This document shows positions 43,759-53,122 of a DNA stretch of 60,698 nt, piece by piece. A program made the position numbers and the translations under genes. Below the pieces are notes generated by a model, which saw only the letters and a list, made by a program, of their open reading frames with translations, searched no databases and had not been told where the DNA came from. Origin of the DNA: a virus (lineage: Duplodnaviria > Caudoviricetes). The number at the start of each line of letters is the position of its first letter. Position 1 is the stretch's first letter. The stretch covers positions 1-60,698 of the IMG/VR virus record IMGVR_UViG_3300018481_000007; one strand, 5' to 3'.

Positions 43759-43977
43759 ATGATGCACGTCGTGTCCGCCGAGACCAACATCTTCGGTGGC
43801 CAGGGTGTCACGGTCTGCGGCCTCACCCTGCCCGTGAACCCGGACCTCATCCCGTCCTACCGGGAGGACCGGGAGGACTACCTCATCCTCGCGGTGTGCA
43901 TCCCCTCCCTGTCGGAGGACGACACCGCCTGCCCGGACTGCCTCGTCTACGTGCAGACGATGGAGGTGCCGACATGA
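43759..43977 (+). CDS. Small Cys-containing protein
   Basis: TVCG...CPDC. Confidence 0.6.
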   Translation: MMHVVSAETNIFGGQGVTVCGLTLPVNPDLIPSYREDREDYLILAVCIPSLSEDDTACPDCLVYVQTMEVPT

Positions 43978-44219
43978 CCGGCTACGGTTCACTGCCGCAG
44001 CACTGGTGCCGGACCTGCCGTCAACTCATCGGGGTGCGCTGCGCCTGTGGTCTGCCGATCCCGATGCAGCAGTGGGACGAGCAGCCGAAGCAGCGCTCGG
44101 TCATCGTCACCACCCTGATCGTGCTGTTCACCGTGTTCATCCTGGTGCCCATGCTGTTGATGGGTGGGTGCGCGGTGCTGGTCGGCGTCGCCGGTCTCGG
44201 GTCGGCGGTCACGCCATGA
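43974..44219 (+). CDS. Membrane protein with N-terminal Cys motif
   Basis: CRTC..CAC; TM segment. Confidence 0.6.
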   Translation: MTGYGSLPQHWCRTCRQLIGVRCACGLPIPMQQWDEQPKQRSVIVTTLIVLFTVFILVPMLLMGGCAVLVGVAGLGSAVTP

Positions 44220-44377
44220 TGACCACCGAGGACCTGCGCGCACGTCGTGCCATGTACGACCGGCACGCCGCACTGCTGGCCAAGGCCAGGCAGTCCCCCA
44301 CCGAACGAGGTGCCGCGCTCTGGCACGCTCGCGCCGACATGATCCAGCAGGCCATCGACCTGTTGAACGCACGCTGA
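44216..44377 (+). CDS. Small hypothetical protein
   Basis: ATGA overlap. Confidence 0.55.
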   Translation: MMTTEDLRARRAMYDRHAALLAKARQSPTERGAALWHARADMIQQAIDLLNAR

Positions 44378-44382
44378 TCCAT

Positions 44383-44414
44383 CCAGCCCCCGGTCAGCAT
44401 CGACCGGGGGCTGG
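44383..44414 (+). terminator. CCAGCCCCCGG-loop-CCGGGGGCTGG hairpin (related copies near 42934 and 44787)
   Basis: Perfect stem; three related copies. Confidence 0.6.
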
Positions 44415-44450
44415 TCCCGCTTAGGCAACCTAACCCAGAAGGAGCAACCC

Positions 44451-44756
44451 ATGTCCGACCTAACACCCAGCGTCATCTGCGACGACTGCGGTGCCGTCCA
44501 CCCGGCCGAGTTCAGTCACCTCGGTCAGTTCGACCAGGCCCCGGTCTACGCCGTGGTCTGCCCGGTCGACGGGCTCACCGGCTACTACACGACACCGGCG
44601 CTGCTGGCCTACACCACGGCCACGCCGCCGCCGGCAGTGGTCATCGACTACGGGCCGGAGCAGACCCGCTGCGAACTCGACGACCCGCAGACCGGCGGTG
44701 TCTGCCAGCGCAGGCTCACGCCCCGTGGGCACTGCCCGCTGCACGACAAGGCTTAG
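44451..44756 (+). CDS. Cys-rich hypothetical protein
   Basis: 13-mer and SD module upstream. Confidence 0.7.
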   Translation: MSDLTPSVICDDCGAVHPAEFSHLGQFDQAPVYAVVCPVDGLTGYYTTPALLAYTTATPPPAVVIDYGPEQTRCELDDPQTGGVCQRRLTPRGHCPLHDKA

Positions 44757-44858
44757 GCAACCTAAGCCCAGCCCGACCCGCCAGACCCAGCCCCCGGCCA
44801 CCACGGTCGGGGGCTGGCAGCACCACCCCGCAGATTCCACTCAATGAAGGAGCACACC

Positions 44859-45161
44859 ATGAAGCGCATCGACAACCGCACCGTCGAACTCACCCCGCTG
44901 GAGCGGGACATTCGGATGGACGCCGACACCTGGGACGAGGACACCGACCCGCACGACTTCATCTACCGCCGCGCTGCCGAGTACGGCGGCGTGGTGCAGG
45001 AGGACTTCGCCGAGTACCTGGCCGAGAGCATGGTGCTCGGGGCCAACGGCTTCCACGTCGGAATGCGGTGGTCCGGCAGCACCGTCATCACGATGGAGAT
45101 CCAGACCGACCGCATCAGCCTCGGCATGGCCGACGGTCGCAGCCTGGTGGTCCGGTCATGA
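44859..45161 (+). CDS. Hypothetical protein
   Basis: AAGGAG SD. Confidence 0.7.
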   Translation: MKRIDNRTVELTPLERDIRMDADTWDEDTDPHDFIYRRAAEYGGVVQEDFAEYLAESMVLGANGFHVGMRWSGSTVITMEIQTDRISLGMADGRSLVVRS

Positions 45162-45307
45162 CCCGCATCAAGGCGTTCCTGCTCGGGGTGTGGGAGTTCC
45201 GGTCATCGGTCACCACGCACTACGACTACCCGCTGATCGAGACCTACGACCGTGGTCGAGACCTCGCCCACCGGCTGACGTTCCGGCACTGGGACGAGGC
45301 GTCATGA
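45158..45307 (+). CDS. Small hypothetical protein
   Basis: ATGA overlap; YDRGRDLAHRLTFR. Confidence 0.6.
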   Translation: MTRIKAFLLGVWEFRSSVTTHYDYPLIETYDRGRDLAHRLTFRHWDEAS

Positions 45308-45459
45308 AGTTCTGCGAATGGCTCCGCGCCAGCGGCCACACCCACCGTGGGCTGTCGTGCCACGAACTCCTTCGTCTCTGGCGGGAGGAGAACGCCCGCG
45401 ACCTGCCCGAACTGCCGACCCATCAACGGGTCACGCTTAGTCAACCTAAGCCTGAGTGA
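45304..45459 (+). CDS. Small hypothetical protein
   Basis: ATGA overlap. Confidence 0.45.
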   Translation: MKFCEWLRASGHTHRGLSCHELLRLWREENARDLPELPTHQRVTLSQPKPE

Positions 45460-45547
45460 GTCTCAGTCGAGCCCGGCGTCTCGCACGTCGGGCTCGCTCG
45501 GGGACTCAGTCCATCAGGGACTGAGCCACGGAAGAAGGAGCAACCTC

Positions 45548-45766
45548 ATGTACACATCAACCAACTTCAAGACCAAGAAAGCCTTGAAGGAGGCAGTCAA
45601 GGCGGGCGAGCGGGTCACCGTGTTCCAGCCCAACGGTGACGTGACCGGGTTCACCGGCACCACCAACGGTCGCGCCACGGTCGAGGGTCCGCACTACCCG
45701 GAGCCGCACCGGTGGTACGCCGTGGTCGAGGTCACCGACGGTGTCGTCACCAAGGTCACGTCATGA
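45548..45766 (+). CDS. Conserved small phage protein (NFKTKKALKEAV...GPHYPEPHRWYA)
   Basis: SD module; recognisable motif. Confidence 0.8.
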   Translation: MYTSTNFKTKKALKEAVKAGERVTVFQPNGDVTGFTGTTNGRATVEGPHYPEPHRWYAVVEVTDGVVTKVTS

Positions 45767-46161
45767 ACGGGACCAACTACAACCACATCGCGGCCATCCT
45801 CGCGGGTGACCTGGCCACCTGCACCACGGACCGGGAGCGGTACAAGGTGAGCGGCATCGCCTACTCGCTGGCCGACTACTTCGCCCGGGAGAACCCTCGC
45901 TTCGTGCGCGACCGGTTCTACGCGGCGGTCGGGATTCCACTCAATGAGCCGTTCGTCGACGGCACCGACGGCGAGTGGGTAGACGCCGACACTGCGCCCG
46001 ACTGGCACGAGCCCTCAGAGGCGCGCCTGCCGTGGGAGTCGAGTCGGGCGGTCGACGACTCGGACCAGACCACCGGGTGGAGTGACTTCACCGGCATGGG
46101 TGAGTACCGGACGATCCAGCAGAGGTGGGCCCAAACCCAAGCGGAGGTGCGTCATGGCTGA
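45763..46161 (+). CDS. Hypothetical protein (LADYFARENPRF..DRFYAA)
   Basis: ATGA overlap. Confidence 0.7.
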   Translation: MNGTNYNHIAAILAGDLATCTTDRERYKVSGIAYSLADYFARENPRFVRDRFYAAVGIPLNEPFVDGTDGEWVDADTAPDWHEPSEARLPWESSRAVDDSDQTTGWSDFTGMGEYRTIQQRWAQTQAEVRHG

Positions 46162-46399
46162 GCCCAAGGTCCAGGAGCCGGGCATGTTGCTCGGTCGGCT
46201 GCTGACCAGTGAGGGGTGGAGCCAGACCGCCTTCGCCCTGCTGATGGCTGACCTCAGGCAGGGACACCTGGATCCCTACGACCTGGAGTGGCTGGAGGAC
46301 TCGGCCTCGGAGCGGCGGGCTGCCCGTGCCGAGGAGGCCGAGCACGAGCACGAGCAGGCTGCCGAGGCGGAGGAGGCGGAGGATGCCGACGACGCTTAG
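46154..46399 (+). CDS. Acidic hypothetical protein
   Basis: GGAGG SD; stop codon lies in a 13-mer. Confidence 0.65.
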   Translation: MAEPKVQEPGMLLGRLLTSEGWSQTAFALLMADLRQGHLDPYDLEWLEDSASERRAARAEEAEHEHEQAAEAEEAEDADDA

Positions 46400-46656
46400 T
46401 CAACCTAAGCCCAGCCCGGACAAGCAGTGCAGCCTGGGCCGGGTGCATCCGGCCCATCGCTGGTGGTCGCGCAGCCAGCAGTGCTACTTCCACTGCTTCG
46501 GTCGGCGCGAGCCACGCCGCCAGCGCCGGGCGAATCCAGTCAATGAGCCGGCCACCATCTCGGGGGCGTACGCGGTTCACCTCACCCAGTCCGACGACCC
46601 GCCGGTCACCTACCGGCGGGTCACCCGGCGGATTCGACTCAACGAAGGAGGCACCG

Positions 46657-46833
46657 ATGGACCCGGACCAGACGCTGCATGACCTGCGCGCACTGATCGC
46701 CACCCTCCTCCGCGAGGAGGACGAGGGTCGTGTGCTCACCGACGAGGAGTGCCAGTTCGTGGACCAGGTGACTGCTCTCGACCAGTGGCTGAGCCGGGGT
46801 GGGGCTGTGCCCCGTGCCTGGCAGGGGCCTTGA
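46657..46833 (+). CDS. Small phage protein (MDPDQTL...ALDQWLSRGG..P..W)
   Basis: AAGGAGG SD; recognisable motif. Confidence 0.75.
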   Translation: MDPDQTLHDLRALIATLLREEDEGRVLTDEECQFVDQVTALDQWLSRGGAVPRAWQGP

Positions 46834-47063
46834 GTGCAACGGTGACGCTGCGTGAGGAGTTCGAGGGTGGCTGCTCGGTCAACGAACTGGTCGAGTTCGG
46901 AGCCAAGGCAGTCGCCCTCGGGCTCGGCGGGTACGACGTGCGAGCGGTCACCCAGATCACCGGCGTGCAGCAGGGGACGCAGGGCACGCTGCTCGCCGAG
47001 CCGAATGCGCTGCGTCGGATCAAGGTGCTGGAGGTCACCGGCCCAGCACCGGAGATGAGGTGA
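46830..47063 (+). CDS. Hypothetical protein
   Basis: TTGA overlap. Confidence 0.5.
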   Translation: MSATVTLREEFEGGCSVNELVEFGAKAVALGLGGYDVRAVTQITGVQQGTQGTLLAEPNALRRIKVLEVTGPAPEMR

Positions 47064-47098
47064 TCACCTTAGGCAACCTAACCAAGAAGGAGCAACCA

Positions 47099-47503
47099 AT
47101 GTACAACCTCATCAACATCAAGAAGTGGCACGACGGACTGGTGTCCGGCTACTACCAGCAGGGCAGCGGCACGCTGGTCAAAGACAGCCTGTACTGCTGC
47201 CTCGGGGTGGCCTGCCACCTGGCGATCAAGGACGGGGCACCTCTCCTGGAGGTGGACGACGAGGACGGCCACGGGTTCGAGCGGGTCGCGGCCAACTACA
47301 TGGAGACCGACACCCTCCCGCCCGAGGTGAAGGAGTGGCTCGGCATCCAGCAGGGCGACCCGGAACTGGCCACCGAGTCCGACGGCTACGTCACCGCCTC
47401 CTCGCTCAACGACGAGGCGGTGTACAACTTCGCTCAGATCGCGGAGTGCATCGTGCGCACCTGGCCGGACGCATTCGTGTCAATGAACGAGGTGACCTCG
47501 TGA
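47099..47503 (+). CDS. Conserved phage protein (W...L.SG.Y.QG.G.L...YCCLGVAC)
   Basis: SD module; recognisable motif. Confidence 0.8.
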   Translation: MYNLINIKKWHDGLVSGYYQQGSGTLVKDSLYCCLGVACHLAIKDGAPLLEVDDEDGHGFERVAANYMETDTLPPEVKEWLGIQQGDPELATESDGYVTASSLNDEAVYNFAQIAECIVRTWPDAFVSMNEVTS

Positions 47504-47721
47504 CCACCACCACCTACTGCATCAACCCGTCGTCGGCGGTGGTGCACACCTGGCTCTGTCAGATCGGACCGGCCAGCAGCCGCACCGTCGGGGGGTACCA
47601 GCCCTTGCCCAGCGTGGTGCTGGACTACCTCCCGTCCCGGCTGTTCTGCCACAACTGCTGCCCGCACCTGGGCAAACAGGCCCGTGCCCGAGAGGGTCAA
47701 GTCGCGTCAAGTCCAGGTTGA
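47500..47721 (+). CDS. Small Cys-containing protein
   Basis: GTGA overlap; VH...C...CHNCCP. Confidence 0.5.
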   Translation: MTTTTYCINPSSAVVHTWLCQIGPASSRTVGGYQPLPSVVLDYLPSRLFCHNCCPHLGKQARAREGQVASSPG

Positions 47722-47746
47722 CATAAGCCGGTCAACCTGGTATACT
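47713..47746 (+). promoter_or_regulatory. Early promoter TTGACA-N17-TATACT with an overlapping 10-bp inverted repeat
   Basis: -35 at 47718-47723, -10 at 47741-47746; CCAGGTTGAC-N8-GTCAACCTGG. Confidence 0.85.
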
Positions 47747-47937
47747 GTAGTCAAGAGTTGAACCAGGCGGTCAATCAAGTCAACGTCTGGTTAGGTCATC
47801 TAAGAGGGGCACGGTCCAGGACCGTGCCCCTTGTTCTGCGTTCCCACCACCGAGAGGCACCGCATGGTCCGAGGTCCACCCAGTCCACCGTTCACCCCGA
47901 CCCGCTTAGGCAACCTAATCAACAAGGAGCAACCGAC

Positions 47938-48780
47938 ATGACCGCAACACTCGACAACGTTCTCTACGACGACCTCGGTGCGGAGATCACACCCGGCACC
48001 CTGTGCTGGGTCCAGACCGACAGCACCGTCCCCACACTGGTGCGCAACGGACGGTGCCTGGCCATCTACTGCCGGGGCGCTCACCTCGGCAGCAGTCAGC
48101 AGTGGCTGCTGCTCATCCCCGTCGGCGAGGACGAGGACCCGTGGGCCCGTGCCTCCGAGACGGGCTGGCCGCTCAACCACCACCTGACCTACGAACTGAG
48201 GGTGGAACTCAACGTCGATCGGTTCGCCGACACCCACCGTGGGTGGTGGCCAGGCACGGGAGCCACGTTCATCGAGACCGCCGTCGGTCACTGGTGCACC
48301 GAGCACAAGGTCTTCCATGCCACCGAGGAGTGCCCGCCACCCACAACTGCGCAGTTCACCACCGTCACCTCGATGGTGACGGACCTGCGTGCTGAGTTGG
48401 CTGCGGTCCAGCGTGAGTTGGCCCAGGCCAGGGCTGACGTGGAGCAGGCCAGGATCCAGGGCGAGCAGAACCTGGAGGACTTCAAGGTCAAGTGCTCCGA
48501 CATCCTCGGGGAGGAGGCCCGCGAGCACGACCTGTGCGGTGTGTACGACGAGGTCGCGGAGCGGGCCGGTCTGTACCCACGGATGGCTGACCAGGATGTG
48601 GAGATCGAGGTCACCCACCGGATGACCATCACTGTCAAGGCACGCAACTGGGAGGCGGCAGCCGAGATCATCCGGGACAGGCACACCACCAACTACTACG
48701 AGCCGATGTCCCCGTTCGCCGACGAGTCCGACATCGAGATCGGCTCGGCCTACTCCCTCGAAGTCAACGTCGTCGACTGA
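47938..48780 (+). CDS. Hypothetical protein, paralog A
   Basis: SD module; ITPGTLCWVQT...RFADTHRGWW...ILGEEAREHDLC. Confidence 0.8.
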   Translation: MTATLDNVLYDDLGAEITPGTLCWVQTDSTVPTLVRNGRCLAIYCRGAHLGSSQQWLLLIPVGEDEDPWARASETGWPLNHHLTYELRVELNVDRFADTHRGWWPGTGATFIETAVGHWCTEHKVFHATEECPPPTTAQFTTVTSMVTDLRAELAAVQRELAQARADVEQARIQGEQNLEDFKVKCSDILGEEAREHDLCGVYDEVAERAGLYPRMADQDVEIEVTHRMTITVKARNWEAAAEIIRDRHTTNYYEPMSPFADESDIEIGSAYSLEVNVVD

Positions 48781-48814
48781 CTTAGGCAACCTAACCAACA
48801 AGGAGCAACCCAAC

Positions 48815-49645
48815 ATGACCGACACACTCGACCAGACCTTCGCCGAGACGGAGGCCAGCATTACACCCGGCACCCTGTGCTGGGTGCAGACCGGGATGAA
48901 CGTCCCCGGTGCCAGCCTCCGCAACCGACGGATGCTCGCCGTCTACGCCCAAGGGGTGGGCCCCCAGCGATGGCTGCTGCTGGTCGCCGCCACCGACAAG
49001 GTGCGGGACATCACCTCCGAGGGGTGGCTGTTCCGAACCCGGCTCACCGAGCACGAGATGAACCGCCTCAACCTGGCTCGGTTCGCCGACAGTCACCGTG
49101 GCTGGTGGACCGGTGAGGCGGAGTTCGTCGAGACCGCCACCGACTACTGGTGCATGGAGCACGGATGCTTCCACGGTTCGGAGACCTGCCCAATGCCGGG
49201 CCGTCTTCTGCCGGTGTTCACCCCACCGCTGCCGACCGAGGTCGAGCGCGAGGACTCGGCGATGGTCGCGGCATTGAAGGGAGAACTCGCCGCAGCACGG
49301 GCAGCCAACGAGGTCCTGGTCCGGGAGCACGAGGCTTTCATCGTCAGGGCGTCGGAGATCCTCGGCGAGGAGGCCGACGCCCACGACCTGTGCGACACGT
49401 ACGACCGGATCGCGGAGAGGGCCGGGCTGAACCGGCGGGTCCGCGACCACGAGGTCCTGATCGAGGTCACCTACCGGCAGCGGATCCGGGTCGAAGCCCG
49501 CTCGACCAGTGCTGCCGAGGACATGGTGAGCGATGCCGAACTGATCTCGGGCTGGCACCCGGACATGGTGCTGGACCTCGACATCGAGGACAGCCACACC
49601 CCCACCGACGTGACCGTCAAGGTCATCGTCGAGCCTCCCTTCTGA
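48815..49645 (+). CDS. Hypothetical protein, paralog B
   Basis: ITPGTLCWVQT...RFADSHRGWW...ILGEEADAHDLC. Confidence 0.8.
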   Translation: MTDTLDQTFAETEASITPGTLCWVQTGMNVPGASLRNRRMLAVYAQGVGPQRWLLLVAATDKVRDITSEGWLFRTRLTEHEMNRLNLARFADSHRGWWTGEAEFVETATDYWCMEHGCFHGSETCPMPGRLLPVFTPPLPTEVEREDSAMVAALKGELAAARAANEVLVREHEAFIVRASEILGEEADAHDLCDTYDRIAERAGLNRRVRDHEVLIEVTYRQRIRVEARSTSAAEDMVSDAELISGWHPDMVLDLDIEDSHTPTDVTVKVIVEPPF

Positions 49646-49677
49646 ACCCGCTTAGTCAACCTAAGAGAGAGCAACCA

Positions 49678-50793
49678 ATGATCAGATTAGTCAAGCCAGG
49701 GGAACTGTTCCCCGACCTCATCCACCACGGTGACCTGCTGCCGCTGGGCACCACCATCCGCATCGGCTCCCGCACCGGTGGCCGGTACGAGAAGCGGGCA
49801 CCCCGCACCTGGGTCGACTCGGCCAGCAGTGGGGGGATTGACACCTACTACCTGAACGGGCCGAACTGGCTGGACCAGGTGGACACCGAGCAGGTGGAGA
49901 TCCCGCTGGAGTCCGTCGAGTCCTTCCGCTGGCGGATGCGGGACTCCGCTCTCGGTGCGGCCGAGAGGTCAGGCGTCACCATCGCCCCGGTCATCGAGAT
50001 GTGCAACGCCTTCGGTGCCGGGAACCCCCGATTCACCGAGGGCGGGATCGTGTCGAGCAACGTCGACATCAACCAGATGCCCAACGGGTCGGTGCTCTAC
50101 TCCGGCCACCCCGATGTCCCGTCCCAGATGTCGGTGTTCGAGATCAAGAACCAGATGCTCTACCGCATCCTCGGCACCCGGGACCGGCAGCCCGGGCACC
50201 CGATGACCATCTACTCGCTGCCCGGGTACACCCCGCCAGAGCCGGAGGTCGTCGCCGACGACGACACCCTCACCCGGATCGCGCTCCGTGTCTACCGGGT
50301 GGGTCGGACCGCACAGAAGAACAACTCCTGGTGCTCGGTCTTCAACCACTGCATGACCGGAGTGGGCATCACCGAGCAGGTGTTGGCCAAGATCGGCGCC
50401 ACCACCCGGGGACCTGGTGACACCCTCGACCGGGAGCAGATCGCCCTGCTGCCGGAGGGCTCGATCCTCTGGTGGCCGTGGCGCAGCGGGAAGGGGTTCG
50501 CGGTCTACATCCGTGACGACTCCGCTCGTGGCCTGACCAAGACCCGGCGGCTGTACGGGTGGAACGACGACGGGGCCAACACCCACGGGCACATGATCGT
50601 GGTCCAGACACCGGACGAGCCGATGGCCTGGCGGATCAACGGAGCGATGGCCCAGCACCTGCCGGACGGGGTGTTCGTGCGGCTACACGGCACCACCCAG
50701 GTGCTGACCGATGAGGTCCGTCGGCAGATGGTCTACTACTACGACTACCAGGTGCAGTCGTGGCCGGTCGACGCTCCGACGGTGAACGCATGA
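49678..50793 (+). CDS. Hypothetical protein with repeated LP.G.(V/I) modules
   Basis: SD module; LPLGTTI, MPNGSVL, LPEGSIL, LPDGVFV. Confidence 0.8.
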   Translation: MIRLVKPGELFPDLIHHGDLLPLGTTIRIGSRTGGRYEKRAPRTWVDSASSGGIDTYYLNGPNWLDQVDTEQVEIPLESVESFRWRMRDSALGAAERSGVTIAPVIEMCNAFGAGNPRFTEGGIVSSNVDINQMPNGSVLYSGHPDVPSQMSVFEIKNQMLYRILGTRDRQPGHPMTIYSLPGYTPPEPEVVADDDTLTRIALRVYRVGRTAQKNNSWCSVFNHCMTGVGITEQVLAKIGATTRGPGDTLDREQIALLPEGSILWWPWRSGKGFAVYIRDDSARGLTKTRRLYGWNDDGANTHGHMIVVQTPDEPMAWRINGAMAQHLPDGVFVRLHGTTQVLTDEVRRQMVYYYDYQVQSWPVDAPTVNA

Positions 50794-51335
50794 CCAGCGG
50801 CGTGGTGACCAGGCTGGAGGACCTGGAGGACGGCACCGACCTGGCCGTGGTCCTGTCCGGGGGCACGATCGAGCACTGGCAGTGGGCCGACCAGGTGATG
50901 CAGAAGGACGGCAACCGGCTGCCGCCGTTCTTCTTCTCCGGTCTGCTCACCGACGGCAAGGTCATGCTCGGTGACTTCTCCCCGCCGGTGCTGGGGGAGT
51001 GGTTCACCCGGCGAGCCTCTGAGTGGCAGTACCTCGTGGTCCAGGTGAAGCCGGAGAACACCTTCCGGTGTGCGTACTTCCGGCGCGAGTCCTTCTACGA
51101 GTGGCGCAATGTCAGTCAGGCGGACCTGCTGGACCACTGCATCCGGAGCCAGACACCGGAGTGGGCCACCCCGCAGTTCCTCCAGATGACCTACCTGGCC
51201 AGCGAGGAGAACATCGCCCGGCTGGCAGCAGAGAGCGCATCACGGCATACCCGGGACGCCCGCAACAACCTCCGCTACGCCCGCGAATACCTGAACAACG
51301 CCATCGAGCAGATCGACAGAAGGATCAACCAATGA
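50790..51335 (+). CDS. Hypothetical protein
   Basis: ATGA overlap. Confidence 0.75.
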   Translation: MTSGVVTRLEDLEDGTDLAVVLSGGTIEHWQWADQVMQKDGNRLPPFFFSGLLTDGKVMLGDFSPPVLGEWFTRRASEWQYLVVQVKPENTFRCAYFRRESFYEWRNVSQADLLDHCIRSQTPEWATPQFLQMTYLASEENIARLAAESASRHTRDARNNLRYAREYLNNAIEQIDRRINQ

Positions 51336-51787
51336 CACCACGACCGGTCGACAACGAGGACCTGTACTTCGCCGCCTTGCAGCAGATGGCTCGGGACTAC
51401 CCGCACTACCTGGAGTGTCGAGGTGGCCAGCACCTGATGGAGTTGGTCGAGCCGTTCCGGGTCGTCGACTCACGGACCGAACTGGACGAGAAAGGTCACC
51501 GGCTGCACGCCCACATGGGGCACGACGTGTACGCCCGACGACAGTTCGAGTGCACCCGGTGCGGGAAGAAGCGGTTCGACTTCTACGAGATCTCCTCGTA
51601 CCGGGGTCACATGATGCTGCGGCGGATCAACGCCGGGTACCAGGACCCACCAGGCTTCGCCATCCTCGGGCTGGGCCGGATGCCCAACGCCCGGGGACTG
51701 GTGATGGGGATGGCACTGGAGGCAGAGATCAGTGCCATCCCAGTGCGGGGCAGGGGCCGACCCAAGAAAGGAGGTGGTGCCGCTTAG
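51332..51787 (+). CDS. Zinc-binding protein with AT-hook-like tail
   Basis: LECR...H...CTRCG; RGRGRPKK. Confidence 0.7.
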   Translation: MTPRPVDNEDLYFAALQQMARDYPHYLECRGGQHLMELVEPFRVVDSRTELDEKGHRLHAHMGHDVYARRQFECTRCGKKRFDFYEISSYRGHMMLRRINAGYQDPPGFAILGLGRMPNARGLVMGMALEAEISAIPVRGRGRPKKGGGAA

Positions 51788-51869
51788 ACCGCCTAAGCAA
51801 GACAAGTCCATTCGTATCAACTACACTCATACCCAGTAGCAACCACTCATGTAAAGGAACCACATTCAG

Positions 51870-52250
51870 ATGAGCACCACCCAGAACGAGACCCAGGGCA
51901 TCGCCCAGACCATCCGCACCGCGATGAACACGAACGGGGCAGGTGGCTACTACGACACCTACGCCCGGCCCGTGGTCGTGGCGCTGACTACGCGGGAGAC
52001 CGAACTCAGCGAGAAGTTGGTCGACTACGCGGTCGATGCCGGAGCGGATGGCGCCGAGGTCAAGGCCTACCTGCGCGAGATCGGCATGGCTGTGGCCACC
52101 GACCCCGAGTCCGAGGACCCCGAGTCCGAGGACGTCGAGTCCGAGGACGAGGACGCGACCACCACCCGGATCGCGTCCGCGCTGGAGCGGATCGAGCAGC
52201 GGATCGAGAGCCTGACCGACTTCGCTCGGCGCAACGGGTATCGCGGCTGA
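51870..52250 (+). CDS. Hypothetical protein with acidic 5-aa repeats
   Basis: AAAGGAA SD; DPESE repeats encoded at 52101-52145. Confidence 0.75.
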   Translation: MSTTQNETQGIAQTIRTAMNTNGAGGYYDTYARPVVVALTTRETELSEKLVDYAVDAGADGAEVKAYLREIGMAVATDPESEDPESEDVESEDEDATTTRIASALERIEQRIESLTDFARRNGYRG

Positions 52251-52332
52251 CGTTCGGACAACTGAATCAATGACGAGCCCGGTCACCAACCCAGGTGGCC
52301 GGGCTCGTCCCGACCCTAGAGAAGGGAGCAGG

Positions 52333-52623
52333 ATGACGGGACCCACCTGGGAGGAACCACCTCCGCCGGGCCATGGCTACGACTGGCCCGCTATCGCCAG
52401 TGACCTGAGAGCACACCCGAACCAGTGGATGAAGATCTTCGAGGACGGTCCGGTGAGTGTGGTCAATGCCATCCGTCAGTCGACCATCGCCCCGCTGGCA
52501 CCACTGCACAGACCGGGCTCGGACGGTGCTGGCTTCGAGGTCACCACCAGGAACAACAAACAGGGACCACCCAGGCTGGCGACGATGTACCTGCGCTGGG
52601 TGCCCGAGGAGGGAGCGAACTAA
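52333..52623 (+). CDS. Hypothetical protein (WEEPP...IASDLRAHPNQW...YLRWV)
   Basis: GGGAG SD. Confidence 0.7.
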   Translation: MTGPTWEEPPPPGHGYDWPAIASDLRAHPNQWMKIFEDGPVSVVNAIRQSTIAPLAPLHRPGSDGAGFEVTTRNNKQGPPRLATMYLRWVPEEGAN

Positions 52624-53067
52624 GTGCTGCCACGAGTAGCAGTCGAGTGCCGTGTGGTGGCGGAGCCGGAGTTGCGATTCAGCAACTCCGGCGTCGCCGT
52701 CGCCAAGTTGCGGGTGGTCGCGGCAGACCGCCGGCTGAATCAACAGACCAACGAATGGGAGGACGCGGACACCCTGTGGCTGGATGTCACGTGCTTCAAG
52801 AAGTTGGCCGAGAACGTGGTCGAGTCAGTAGCCAAGGGGGATCTGCTGCTGGTCACGGGCAAGTTGAAGACGGACGAGTGGACCGACAAGGACAGCGGTC
52901 AGGCTCGCTCGAAGATCGTCCTGCTCGCGGACGTGGTGGCTGCCAGCCTCCAGTTCCGCACCATCCCGCACGGAGGAGGGCAGGCTGCACGGCAGCAGCC
53001 AGCCAGCCAGCCGTACCGGGCACCGGCAGAGCAGGCCTACTCCGGAGCGGACGAGCCACCGTTCTGA
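52624..53067 (+). CDS. ssb: Single-stranded DNA-binding protein
   Basis: EPELRFSNSGVAV...W.D...W..VTCF..LAENV.ES..KGD; DEPPF tail. Confidence 0.95.
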   Translation: MLPRVAVECRVVAEPELRFSNSGVAVAKLRVVAADRRLNQQTNEWEDADTLWLDVTCFKKLAENVVESVAKGDLLLVTGKLKTDEWTDKDSGQARSKIVLLADVVAASLQFRTIPHGGGQAARQQPASQPYRAPAEQAYSGADEPPF

Positions 53068-53088
53068 GTTAGGCGAACTAAGCACGAC

Positions 53089-53122
53089 CCGCTAGCCCTC
53101 CCGTTTTCGGGGGGGCTAGCGG
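53089..53122 (+). terminator. Stem-loop after ssb
   Basis: CCGCTAGCCCTCCCG-TTTT-CGGGGGGGCTAGCGG. Confidence 0.75.

Noticed and set aside
46400-46682. Possible gene between 46399 and 46657
   Set aside because: An open frame exists but has no convincing start or SD. It may be a remnant, so it was left uncalled.
42979-49664. 13-mer repeats read as a CRISPR array or integron attC sites
   Set aside because: The repeats are too short and separated by whole genes of variable length. There is no cas operon or integrase, and the Cas4-like gene sits with the recombination genes.
52101-52145. 15-bp tandem repeat, three copies
   Set aside because: Encodes an acidic DPESE linker; ordinary low complexity.
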